DNA from: an uncultured bacterium
GTDB taxonomy: Bacteria > Margulisbacteria > WOR-1 > CAVSGV01
DNA: 32,000 bases
Direction: 5' to 3'
Assembly: GCA_963699255.1 (NCBI GenBank)
Contig: OY969425.1
Span: forward strand, 870,001 to 902,000
Positions within the stretch are counted from its first letter, which is position 1, and each line of letters opens with the position of its first letter. The translations under genes and the position numbers were made by a program. The notes under the pieces were generated by a model that saw only the letters and a list, made by a program, of their open reading frames with translations, made no database searches and was not told where the DNA came from. This document shows, piece after piece, positions 8,592 through 16,288 of the stretch.

Positions 8592-9812
8592 TCAATCCTC
8601 TTCGCCCTCCCCCTCCACCGGCTTCCCCACAGCTTCTTTATGTACCTTGGTCAAATATTTTTTGATTTTCTTTATTATATCAGCATCCCACTTCACATAC
8701 TCTTTAATTAATGCTGTTGTGCTAAGGTCCGACACCTCATCCCACTTGCCGATCTTTCTTATAATTTGCTCAAGTTCATCCCTTCCCTCTTCACTCTTCG
8801 CCGGGAAATGCGGCTTATCCTCTATCTTCACGCTAACCTTATAATCCTTGCCTTGCACCACACTAAGGTCTTTCTTTTTTGCAAATGCGATTATCGCTTC
8901 CTTAAGTTTCTCGATCTCAGCATCAACAGCCTCAACCTTTGCCTCTGCCTTTTCCTTGGCCTCATATAAGTCGGCGTATTTCCCTACCAGCACAAGCCCG
9001 TTATCCTTTAAATATTCATTCTTCTCTTTCTTTTCAAGCTCAATGCCATGCTTCTTTGCAGGGCATATCTCTATGAATTCGCACCAATCGCATAGGCGTG
9101 ATTCAATAGGTTTAAAGTTATCATCAGCCTCTATCTCCTTGATCGTGGTTAATAGCTCAGCTTTAAGCTCTTTTATCTGCTTTTTGGTTCGGCGGGACTC
9201 TACATCGCGGTTATCTGCCAAGAAATGCCATATAAGCACTATCTCTTTAGCCTCGGGATACTGCTGCTCAACAAATATCTGATAAAGCGCCAGCTGCCTG
9301 CTTGCATCCGCCTGTTCTTGAGTATAACCGGACTGCCCGGTCTTATAATCGTGTATTTCAAAGGTCCCCTTGCCGTTGTGCGATAAACGGTCAATAAAGC
9401 CGTTTATTCTATACTCTCCCGCATCATCCAGGTTAAAATGGATCATCATCTCCAGCCCAAGCGTATATGTCTGGTTGAACGGCTTGAACCTTTCATAGTA
9501 ATCGGTTAGCTGCTTTACTCCCGCATCGTAGTAATTCTGGGCGGTGAAGCCTTTGCGAACTATCTGAACATCTTTTGTAAATTTCTTGTCCCAAAGCTCT
9601 TTGTATAGGTCCAATGTCTCTTTGAGAGAGAATACTTTGCCCATTTTTTGGGCTTTATATAGCTGTTCTAGTGTTTCGTGAGCTCTTTTCCCAAGGAAAG
9701 CTTCTATTCCTTCTGGGGATTCCGGCATCTTAATTCTATCTATGTAGTTAAACTTAAACTTTCGGGGGCAGGTTTCATAGCATCCAATTTTTGAGTGTGA
9801 ATAATTCGGCAT
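8592..9812 (-). CDS. RecB/Cas4-like PD-(D/E)XK nuclease with probable 4Fe-4S cluster and C-terminal extension
   Basis: N-terminal SKIGCYETCPRKFKFNYI, FEIHDYKTGQSG active-site motif, LCDWCEFIEIC (Cx2Cx5C) cluster. Confidence 0.85.
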   Translation of the reverse strand: MPNYSHSKIGCYETCPRKFKFNYIDRIKMPESPEGIEAFLGKRAHETLEQLYKAQKMGKVFSLKETLDLYKELWDKKFTKDVQIVRKGFTAQNYYDAGVKQLTDYYERFKPFNQTYTLGLEMMIHFNLDDAGEYRINGFIDRLSHNGKGTFEIHDYKTGQSGYTQEQADASRQLALYQIFVEQQYPEAKEIVLIWHFLADNRDVESRRTKKQIKELKAELLTTIKEIEADDNFKPIESRLCDWCEFIEICPAKKHGIELEKKEKNEYLKDNGLVLVGKYADLYEAKEKAEAKVEAVDAEIEKLKEAIIAFAKKKDLSVVQGKDYKVSVKIEDKPHFPAKSEEGRDELEQIIRKIGKWDEVSDLSTTALIKEYVKWDADIIKKIKKYLTKVHKEAVGKPVEGEGEED

Positions 9813-9920
9813 TACTAAATATTACCTCTCTTTCCGGTCAAAAACAACCAGTTGAGTGTATTGTACACCAGATCTCTGTCAGTATTTGTCAGAGTACTAT
9901 GATATAATTTCGGCAGGATC

Positions 9921-10886
9921 ATGGAACGTCATACTTATATACGCATAGCAAAGATCGATGCTCAGATCAGGCAGAAAAAGCACCCGAACTGCAAAAAGCT
10001 TGCTGATCAATTTGAAACCTCCCAACGCACCATACTCCGCGACATAGAGGCCATGAAGGATTCTATGGGCGCGCCCATCGGCTACAGCAAGGAGAGGAAC
10101 GGCTACTACTACACGGATGATAATTTTCAGTTGCCGGAAATACGACTTACGGAAGGCGAGCTTGTATCTATTTTCCTTGGTGAAGAAATTCTGAAAAAAT
10201 ACCAGGGAACGCCGTTCGGCTCCGTCATAACCAGCGCGTTCGAAAAGATTCGCCTCTCCTTGCCGGACTCCATATCTATAGACCTAAACACTATTAGCGA
10301 CAGTTTCTCTTTTAATATACCGCAAACCAGGAAACTGGATGAACAATCAGCAAAGACGTTCGATATATTGGCAAAAGCGATAAAAACTAAGAACAGTGTT
10401 GAAATAACATACCATGCTCTTGGCAGGAACACTATAGCAAAACGCATTGTGGATCCCTACCACCTGCGCCACTCCATGGGCACCTGGTATCTCATTGGTT
10501 ATTGCCAACTCAGGAAAGATTTTAGGACGTTTATTATTAACCAGATCCGCACCATCAAGGTCATAGATAGCAAGTACAAGGTTGACCCGACCTTTTCTAT
10601 TGAAAAGTTCCTTGCTTATTCATGGGATATTTTTGAGGGAGCTCCTATAACAAAGGTAAAAATTAAGCTGGATAAAGAGATCGCCAGATGGTTCATCGAT
10701 AGAAAGCTCCACCCCACCCAAAAGACAACCGAGAATAAGGATGGCTCAATTACGATGGAATTTAAAGTTTCAGGAACATCAGAGATAAAAAGATGGGTTT
10801 TGGGCCAGGGGAAATATGCAAAGGTGATCGAGCCACGAAGCCTGAGGCGGGAGATAATTGAAGAAGCAAAGGAAATGCAGAAATAG
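9921..10886 (+). CDS. WYL-domain transcriptional regulator with N-terminal HTH
   Basis: Helix-turn-helix region KLADQFETSQRTILRDIEAMKD; WYL-type core YHALGRNTIAKRIVDPYHLRHSMGTWYLIGYC. Divergent from the 8592-9812 nuclease. Confidence 0.88.
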   Translation: MERHTYIRIAKIDAQIRQKKHPNCKKLADQFETSQRTILRDIEAMKDSMGAPIGYSKERNGYYYTDDNFQLPEIRLTEGELVSIFLGEEILKKYQGTPFGSVITSAFEKIRLSLPDSISIDLNTISDSFSFNIPQTRKLDEQSAKTFDILAKAIKTKNSVEITYHALGRNTIAKRIVDPYHLRHSMGTWYLIGYCQLRKDFRTFIINQIRTIKVIDSKYKVDPTFSIEKFLAYSWDIFEGAPITKVKIKLDKEIARWFIDRKLHPTQKTTENKDGSITMEFKVSGTSEIKRWVLGQGKYAKVIEPRSLRREIIEEAKEMQK

Positions 10887-11031
10887 ACCGCCTTTACATG
10901 ATTCTTCTACCCTCGTAGCCGCCTAATAGCCCCTTTTTGCAATAGGCCATATACTCTGACGCATAGTGTCATACCTCCCATGTTAAACTACCAAATAATA
11001 ATTATATTAAACAAAAACGAGGTGGATAAAC

Positions 11032-11475
11032 ATGCTAATTAAAGAAATATATAAGCTTTTCGACAATAAACTGGAAATACGCCCAAAAAGTAAAGCCTCC
11101 AATGTATTAAGGGACATCTCATCATTTCTTACAAAACCTGGATTGATCAATATAGAAGTGAAGGATCTTAATAAAATAATCTTATCAAGTGACAAGATGT
11201 TCGCCATATCGGCAAAAGCGCATGGAAAAGAAAGAGCTCACAAGCTTGGTCGCCAGATCGTTTCCAGTATTCCGGCTGTATTTCGGGCCAAAAAAGCTAC
11301 AAACGTAATTTTTAATATTATCGGGAGTTCAGACTTAACCCTCTGGGAGGTTAATGAAGTTGCCGGATATATCTATGATGCGATTGACCCTCATGCAAAT
11401 ATCATATTTGGCGCCCTTATCGACGATAAGAAAAAAGACTTTATTAATGCGACTGTCATATTCGGGGGCAATTAA
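11032..11475 (+). CDS. Stand-alone FtsZ C-terminal-domain homologue lacking the GTP-binding domain
   Basis: PGLINIEVKDLNKII and NVIFNIIGSSDLTLWEVNEVAGYIYDAIDPHANIIFGALIDD align to [15 protein letters not shown] and [41 protein letters not shown] of the full-length FtsZ at 19775-20842. No GGGTGTG tubulin signature. SD gaggtgg before the ATG. Confidence 0.88.
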   Translation: MLIKEIYKLFDNKLEIRPKSKASNVLRDISSFLTKPGLINIEVKDLNKIILSSDKMFAISAKAHGKERAHKLGRQIVSSIPAVFRAKKATNVIFNIIGSSDLTLWEVNEVAGYIYDAIDPHANIIFGALIDDKKKDFINATVIFGGN

Positions 11476-11489
11476 AGGAGGTCTTGTAA

Positions 11490-12071
11490 ATGGATAAAGA
11501 GAAAGATATTTCCTATCGCAATGTCAGCTGTTCTAATGCGCCTGAAAGTAAGAACAATACAGTTCCAACGACCGATTCAAGAAGCATTTTGGTCTTTAAA
11601 CAGATGGATGATGAATTAACGAAGGATTTTGTTTCCAAGCTTATCGAGCTAGAAACCAAAGATGCTGAAAAGGACATTAAGGTATTCATAAATTCTCCGG
11701 GCGGATATGTTACATCATTATTTTGTATGTTGGATTCTTTGCGGTTGGTGAAGCCGGATATCAAGACTTACTGTCTTGGAGAGGCTGCTTCCGCCGCCGC
11801 GGTATTAACAATGTCAGGAACAAAAGGGAAGAGATATATTACAAAACATAGCAGGATTCTATTGCATCAGCTAAGTTCTTTTGCTTTGGGACACATAGCA
11901 GATGTCAAGATCTCTGTTAAAGAGTCGGAAAGAATAAATTCTATTCTAATGGATATAATAATTGAAAGAACAAAGATTAAAAGAAAAGAATTAAAAAAAT
12001 TGATATCGAGGGATTGTTGGCTGTCCGCACAAGAAGCACTGGAATATGGTTTAGTAGATCACATTCTGTAG
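11490..12071 (+). CDS. clpP-like: ClpP-like ATP-dependent protease proteolytic subunit
   Basis: VFINSPGG, GEAASAAAVLTMSGTKGKRYITKHSRILLHQ (Ser and His), LISRDCWLSAQEALEYGLVD (Asp); SD aaaggaggt; 14-nt gap after the FtsZ-like gene. Confidence 0.92.
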   Translation: MDKEKDISYRNVSCSNAPESKNNTVPTTDSRSILVFKQMDDELTKDFVSKLIELETKDAEKDIKVFINSPGGYVTSLFCMLDSLRLVKPDIKTYCLGEAASAAAVLTMSGTKGKRYITKHSRILLHQLSSFALGHIADVKISVKESERINSILMDIIIERTKIKRKELKKLISRDCWLSAQEALEYGLVDHIL

Positions 12072-12096
12072 TTTTGCTCCACATGTTTTCCAGTAT

Positions 12097-12341
12097 AGCA
12101 TTTTACCGCCTTTCCCTGTAAAGCGCGCTCACATTGGGACTTCGTATAAAGCCCCCTATCCCGAAAAAAGTCCTCATCCTTGCGGATTTTTTCGGGTATT
12201 AGTTCTCGCCCTCCTCCAGTCGCCCGACTAAAGTCGAGGCTCCTTCCGGCCCTCCGCTCGTTGCACTCATTCACCATAATTAGATATTAGGTGTGGTTCA
12301 TTCGCTTCTCTCGCTTCGGGTGACAGGGGCGGTAAAATGCT
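12097..12341. repeat. ~245-bp segment bounded by 14-bp perfect inverted repeats (MITE-like)
   Basis: AGCATTTTACCGCC at 12097-12110 and GGCGGTAAAATGCT at 12328-12341. Confidence 0.55.
12160..12196. terminator. Possible bidirectional terminator
   Basis: CCCGAAAAAA (12160-12169) / TTTTTTCGGG (12187-12196), perfect 10-bp stem with A-tract and T-tract. Confidence 0.5.
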
Positions 12342-12383
12342 GTTCCTTCCTGTGTGTTTTTATTTCACAGGGAGGTGGTTTTC

Positions 12384-12911
12384 ATGTCTCGTTTAGCAGG
12401 CGTCATTGGTTCCCGTTCATTACCCGTTTCTTTTGCCCCGCTTGTTTACCACATCGTTTCCCTTCTCCTTTCCCGTGGCTATGGCATTGCCTCAGGTGGC
12501 GCAGTAGGAGCTGATTCATTTGCTCTTGCAGCGGTCATTCGGCGGGGGGTAGCTTCACGCTGTGTCATTTACTCAGCTTGGGCTTCTGCTTCTGGGTTTC
12601 CTTCCTCGGTTCAGCCTCAGGTTTCTCGTTTCCTTGCTTCCGGTGGTCAGGTTGTTTGGGGATCCTGTCCGGTTGGTGCTTCGCGTCAGGAGGCGGTTTC
12701 TGCCCTTCTCGGTAGGAACAGGCGGCTTGTTTCTGCTTCCTCGGTTATCGTTGCTTTCCTTCATGGTCAGTCTCGCGGGTCTCTTTACACGGTCCGTCAG
12801 GCAGTTGAGCAGGGTGTTCCGGTCATTGTGTTCCTTTGCGGCGGGGGTACGTCTTTGCCCGCTGATCTTACTTCCAGGTGTTTAGTATTTACAGAAAAGG
12901 AGGTGGTTTAG
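12384..12911 (+). CDS. Stand-alone SLOG/DprA (Smf)-like Rossmann-fold protein
   Basis: AGVIGSRSL...RGYGIASGGAVGADSFAL...GRNRRLVSASSVIVAFLHGQSRGSLYTVRQAVEQGVPVIVF. Best start is the ATG at 12384 after ggaggtgg. Confidence 0.72.
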   Translation: MSRLAGVIGSRSLPVSFAPLVYHIVSLLLSRGYGIASGGAVGADSFALAAVIRRGVASRCVIYSAWASASGFPSSVQPQVSRFLASGGQVVWGSCPVGASRQEAVSALLGRNRRLVSASSVIVAFLHGQSRGSLYTVRQAVEQGVPVIVFLCGGGTSLPADLTSRCLVFTEKEVV

Positions 12912-12913
12912 TT

Positions 12914-13120
12914 ATGGTGGCATCAGTTTTGTCCCCCTGTCTTTGTTGCGACGATCATTTGCCCGGATTCCGCTGCGTTCCACGGCAGCGTGCCCGTTGT
13001 TCCAGGTTCCTTGAATATGTCGAGCGGCTCCACAGGGCCCGCGCTCACGGCATATTGATCAGCGAGCTTAAGGAAATTGTTTCCGGTTCCGTTGAAGAAA
13101 ACACAGAAAAAGTGAGGTGA
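12914..13120 (+). CDS. Small Cys-rich hypothetical protein
   Basis: ATG at 12914 after aaggaggtgg; MVASVLSPCLCCDDHLPGFRC. Confidence 0.4.
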   Translation: MVASVLSPCLCCDDHLPGFRCVPRQRARCSRFLEYVERLHRARAHGILISELKEIVSGSVEENTEKVR

Positions 13121-13125
13121 AAATC

Positions 13126-13299
13126 ATGAGAATTTGTAGAGTATGCGGTTCATTCCTTGTTCCCTGCAACGAAGGAATAGATCATATCGGCTTCCAGCCA
13201 TATACCCTTCCGCAAACTGTTTATATCTGCCAGAGCTGTCTCACGGCAATACAGAACATAATCGAGTATGGTTATTCCTCTCAATTAGTCTCCGCTTAA
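13126..13299 (+). CDS. Small zinc-ribbon-like hypothetical protein
   Basis: Two CxxC pairs (CRVCG...CQSC); ATG at 13126 after gaggtg. The listed start at 13117 is a GTG overlapping the upstream stop. Confidence 0.45.
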   Translation: MRICRVCGSFLVPCNEGIDHIGFQPYTLPQTVYICQSCLTAIQNIIEYGYSSQLVSA

Positions 13300-13305
13300 T
13301 CACCA

Positions 13306-13333
13306 AGGCCTGATTCATCATCAGAACAGGCCT
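13306..13333 (+). terminator. Stem-loop at the end of the SLOG gene cluster, possible terminator
   Basis: AGGCCTG ... CAGGCCT with nested CTGAT/ATCAG; followed only by a short T-run. Confidence 0.35.
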
Positions 13334-13564
13334 CATTTTGGTCGCTAGCCAACTCTTCTTTGTATTAATAAATTCATACTTTGTCATATAAAACACTTAC
13401 ATTTCACAATATGTGCTAGTTGTGGTCAAGCTGGATCTATTTCGTAAAAGCAATGAAGGTGAGGCAAGGTCAAGGGTGAGTCCGCATCCATAATTATTGG
13501 CAACCCACTCACCCATTTATATCGTCACAATCTACAGGGACTATTTGCGGCAGTAGCAGTCATT

Positions 13565-13891
13565 TTACTCAGTTGTTTGAGTTGACTTCTTATATGCATA
13601 TACATATTTCGTTGAATAATCGCCACCACCTGGGCCACCATCAGTTTTCAGTGTGTTAACAAAATATTCTTCAACTTCTCTGGCTATATCCGAAGTAGCG
13701 CATTCGCGATAAATCCACAGGTCAGAATCCTTATTAACAGTATGATCCGTGAATAGCCGCTTTTGAGGATCAGATGCTATCCCAACATACCAATCTGAAT
13801 ATTTACTAGTAAGATTATTTATATACGTCTTAATATCTGCAATAATTTCAGGCTTACTTTTTGCCATATATGCTCCTCCTTTCTTAGACAT
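13565..13891 (-). CDS. Small hypothetical protein, possibly GIY-YIG-like
   Basis: DWYVGIASDPQKRLFTDH...VEEYFVNTLKTDGGPGGG resembles a minimal GIY-YIG-like core; first Met may be M9. Confidence 0.45.
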   Translation of the reverse strand: MSKKGGAYMAKSKPEIIADIKTYINNLTSKYSDWYVGIASDPQKRLFTDHTVNKDSDLWIYRECATSDIAREVEEYFVNTLKTDGGPGGGDYSTKYVYAYKKSTQTTE

Positions 13892-13935
13892 TCAAATCTC
13901 GAGAATCGACCATCTCGCTGGGTTATATGACCCAG

Positions 13936-14139
13936 TCATCCTTTCCTGTTATAGGGAGATTGATTGGTCGGGCTTAATGAAATCCCTTCTTCACTAGCCT
14001 TTGTATAAACCGCAGCTTCTGTTCGTCCGGTTAGCAGGCCAATTACCCTTGTTGGGGTGTTCTTGTTGGCTAATTGTCTGATTTTTGATACATCAGCCTG
14101 TGTCCAAGGTTTCCCCGAATTCCTGTTATACTTTGCCAT
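13936..14139 (-). CDS. Small SANT/HTH-like hypothetical protein
   Basis: GKPWTQADVSKIRQLANKNTPTRVIGLLTGRTEAAVYTKASEEGISL. Confidence 0.5.
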   Translation of the reverse strand: MAKYNRNSGKPWTQADVSKIRQLANKNTPTRVIGLLTGRTEAAVYTKASEEGISLSPTNQSPYNRKG

Positions 14140-14158
14140 AACTTTTCACCTCCCATAT

Positions 14159-15001
14159 TTAATAGGCATTGTCATCTACATACCGCTGGTAATCGTCACC
14201 AGTCCATATAAACACCACAACAGATCGCCCAGGATCGATTTCGAAGGCATACTCATTAATGCAGTAAGGTTGCTTTTTAAACTTTTCACTTATCCAACAT
14301 TTTGCCTGAACTTGAACTGGCTTATCAGATAAGGGGATCTGGCGAGTAAAATACCCATTAACAGTACTGACCGGGGATACTTTTTCGTTGACTGCCACAA
14401 AAAGGTGGTCTTCATTAAAGCTTTCTGAAGATTTAAACGATTTGATTTGTCCATCTTTCACGAAAATGGCTGCACAGATTCCATAAGTAAATTCTACAAA
14501 TCTTAACATGGCGGCAGTTTTTGATACATTATACTTATCCGAGACAACATCTATTGAAGCCATGTCTACATTTAGATCTTTGCACTCTTCGCGAAGAATA
14601 TCCTCGGGCATCAGCAATTCTGCCGCAAACTCATTTGCTTCCGCCTCTTCATCTCCTTTAAGGCCACTCTTAATCATATCATCTGGTGCACAGATATATT
14701 TCACGCCTTTATGATACGGAATGAAAATGTGCCCCAATTCATGTGCAATTGTGAACCTTTTCCGTTTTTCATATGTATATCTACTGTTAACGAGAATTCC
14801 AACATTCCCTTCGATCTTCACAGAATAGCCCTCGAAATGATCGGCATCCTCTTCCTCTATTGTGACATTATGGCTTCTTGCGATTCCCCTGACATCTATT
14901 GGAAGAGAGTTATACTTGGCATCAGACTCCATCAGAAGCTTCTTTGCAAAAAACGATGCGGGATCCTCATTAAACCTAGGTTGACTCATCTTATTTATCA
15001 C
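14159..15001 (-). CDS. ImmA/IrrE-family zinc metallopeptidase
   Basis: RFTIAHELGHIFIPYH with HExxH motif, EANEFAAELLMPEDIL. Confidence 0.9.
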   Translation of the reverse strand: MINKMSQPRFNEDPASFFAKKLLMESDAKYNSLPIDVRGIARSHNVTIEEEDADHFEGYSVKIEGNVGILVNSRYTYEKRKRFTIAHELGHIFIPYHKGVKYICAPDDMIKSGLKGDEEAEANEFAAELLMPEDILREECKDLNVDMASIDVVSDKYNVSKTAAMLRFVEFTYGICAAIFVKDGQIKSFKSSESFNEDHLFVAVNEKVSPVSTVNGYFTRQIPLSDKPVQVQAKCWISEKFKKQPYCINEYAFEIDPGRSVVVFIWTGDDYQRYVDDNAY

Positions 15002-15410
15002 CCTTCTTGATCTTTATATTAAACCTTTCAATTAACTCTTTATCCTTTGAGGTAAGCCCTTCATTGCCTTTTCTAAAAGCACCTTGGAGCAGTGGTTGTA
15101 GCAAAGAGGGTGTCATCTGACTCTGTTGGGCGGCAGGAGCGGCCTTCTTGCCATATAAAGTCTCATATTTTTGCTCAATAAAATCGAGCACCTTAGCTTT
15201 AAAACCAGAAGAGACCTTTAAGGCATGGAAATATTCCTTTGCCTCGTAAGCGCTTTTAAGAAGTTCTTTTGCCTCGCTCGCCTGTGCCGGAGTTAAATGC
15301 CTAGACTCAATAAATGCTTCGAGATCTGGTGAAGGATTCACTTTAGTTTCTTCAATCCATGCATCAAGAACTGTTTCATACAATAATTCACTTCTCTCTT
15401 TATCCTTCAT
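14991..15410 (-). CDS. Hypothetical protein between the sigma factor and the metallopeptidase; candidate regulator
   Basis: Overlaps both neighbours by a few nt; no recognised domain. Confidence 0.6.
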   Translation of the reverse strand: MKDKERSELLYETVLDAWIEETKVNPSPDLEAFIESRHLTPAQASEAKELLKSAYEAKEYFHALKVSSGFKAKVLDFIEQKYETLYGKKAAPAAQQSQMTPSLLQPLLQGAFRKGNEGLTSKDKELIERFNIKIKKGDK

Positions 15411-15997
15411 CTTTCCCCCTCCTTTTTATCCCTTATCTTTCCATAATAGTTTTTAATTTTCACGGTTCCTCTCAAGACCAAATTTTTGATTGAGGCCTCC
15501 GATTTATCCATAACAAGTGCAACCTCTTTAGTGTTCAGTTCATCTACATATCTCAACATTAAGGCTTCACGCTGCTCCTCTGTTAATTCGTTTAAACATT
15601 GACCCATTTCTGCAGCCGTTTCGCTGTGAGCCTCCTGTTCAATTAATTCCGTTTCCAGGTCGCAAGTCTCGAGGTCTTCTAAAAGCTCCGCGTCCAATTT
15701 AAGTTCAGAAAAGGACGTTTCCCGTTTCTTTTTCCTAAAATAATCAGAGCAACAATTTCGAGCGATCCTAAATGCCCATGTTGTGAATTTTGATTGACCC
15801 TTGAAGGTATCAAATTTCTCCAAAATATGGGAAAACGTCTCCGCAGTTATTTCGTATTTTTCATCGCTATTTTCAACTTGGCTCCCTACAAACCTTTCCA
15901 CATCGTCGTAGATTCCCTCACATAACTGCCTAAACGCCCTTTTGTCCCCATTACGCGCTTTTTCTAATAAGTCTTCACTGTTCAATAATATGGCCAC
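15407..15997 (-). CDS. ECF-type RNA polymerase sigma-70 factor
   Basis: Region 2-like FKGQSKFTTWAFRIARNCCSDYFRKKKR and region 4-like LNELTEEQREALMLRYVDELNTKEVALVMDKSEASIKNLVLRG. Confidence 0.9.
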   Translation of the reverse strand: MAILLNSEDLLEKARNGDKRAFRQLCEGIYDDVERFVGSQVENSDEKYEITAETFSHILEKFDTFKGQSKFTTWAFRIARNCCSDYFRKKKRETSFSELKLDAELLEDLETCDLETELIEQEAHSETAAEMGQCLNELTEEQREALMLRYVDELNTKEVALVMDKSEASIKNLVLRGTVKIKNYYGKIRDKKEGER

Positions 15998-16158
15998 CTT
16001 TCATAAGTTGTGTGCATGATCATCCCTTCTTCCCCTCTATATATTAGACGTAAAAGTCACCTAAAAGTCTCGTTTATTTGGAGATATTACAAACTCATTT
16101 TACTCCTTGCATTTATCATTGTATAATCCCCCCCCAAACATTTTGGGCTTGGTTTGGC

Positions 16159-16288
16159 GGGCGGGCGGCGGCACAACACGAAGACAAATACCGCCGAAGG
16201 CGGAGCAGTAGCTTCGGTTCTTTTCTTTGGCGGGCATTGGCGGGCGGCATGACACAAAGTCAAATACCGCCGGAGGCGGAGCAGGAGT
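16159..16288. repeat. Two imperfect ~50-bp direct repeats
   Basis: ggcgggcggcggcacaacacgaagacaaataccgccgaaggcggagcagtag (from 16159) and ggcgggcggcatgacacaaagtcaaataccgccggaggcggagcaggag (from 16239). Confidence 0.6.

Noticed and set aside
8592-9812. Genuine CRISPR Cas4
   Set aside because: The nuclease fold and Fe-S motif are Cas4-like, but no cas1/cas2 or array is present and the C-terminal extension is atypical.
11032-11475. FtsZ-like ORF as simple ftsZ pseudogene
   Set aside because: Not fully excluded, but an intact frame, strong SD, operon spacing with clpP-like, and no detectable GTPase-domain remnant upstream argue against it.
12059-12277. 72-aa minus-strand ORF (…IPEKIRKDEDFFRDRGLYTKSQCERALQGKAV…)
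   Set aside because: It lies inside the inverted-repeat-bounded segment, overlaps the clpP-like 3' end and contains a terminator-like stem. Treated as repeat-derived unless homologues show selection.
12293-12885. Overlapping plus-strand ORFs 12293-12514 and 12562-12885
   Set aside because: Out of frame with the better supported SLOG/DprA-like gene and with low-complexity composition.
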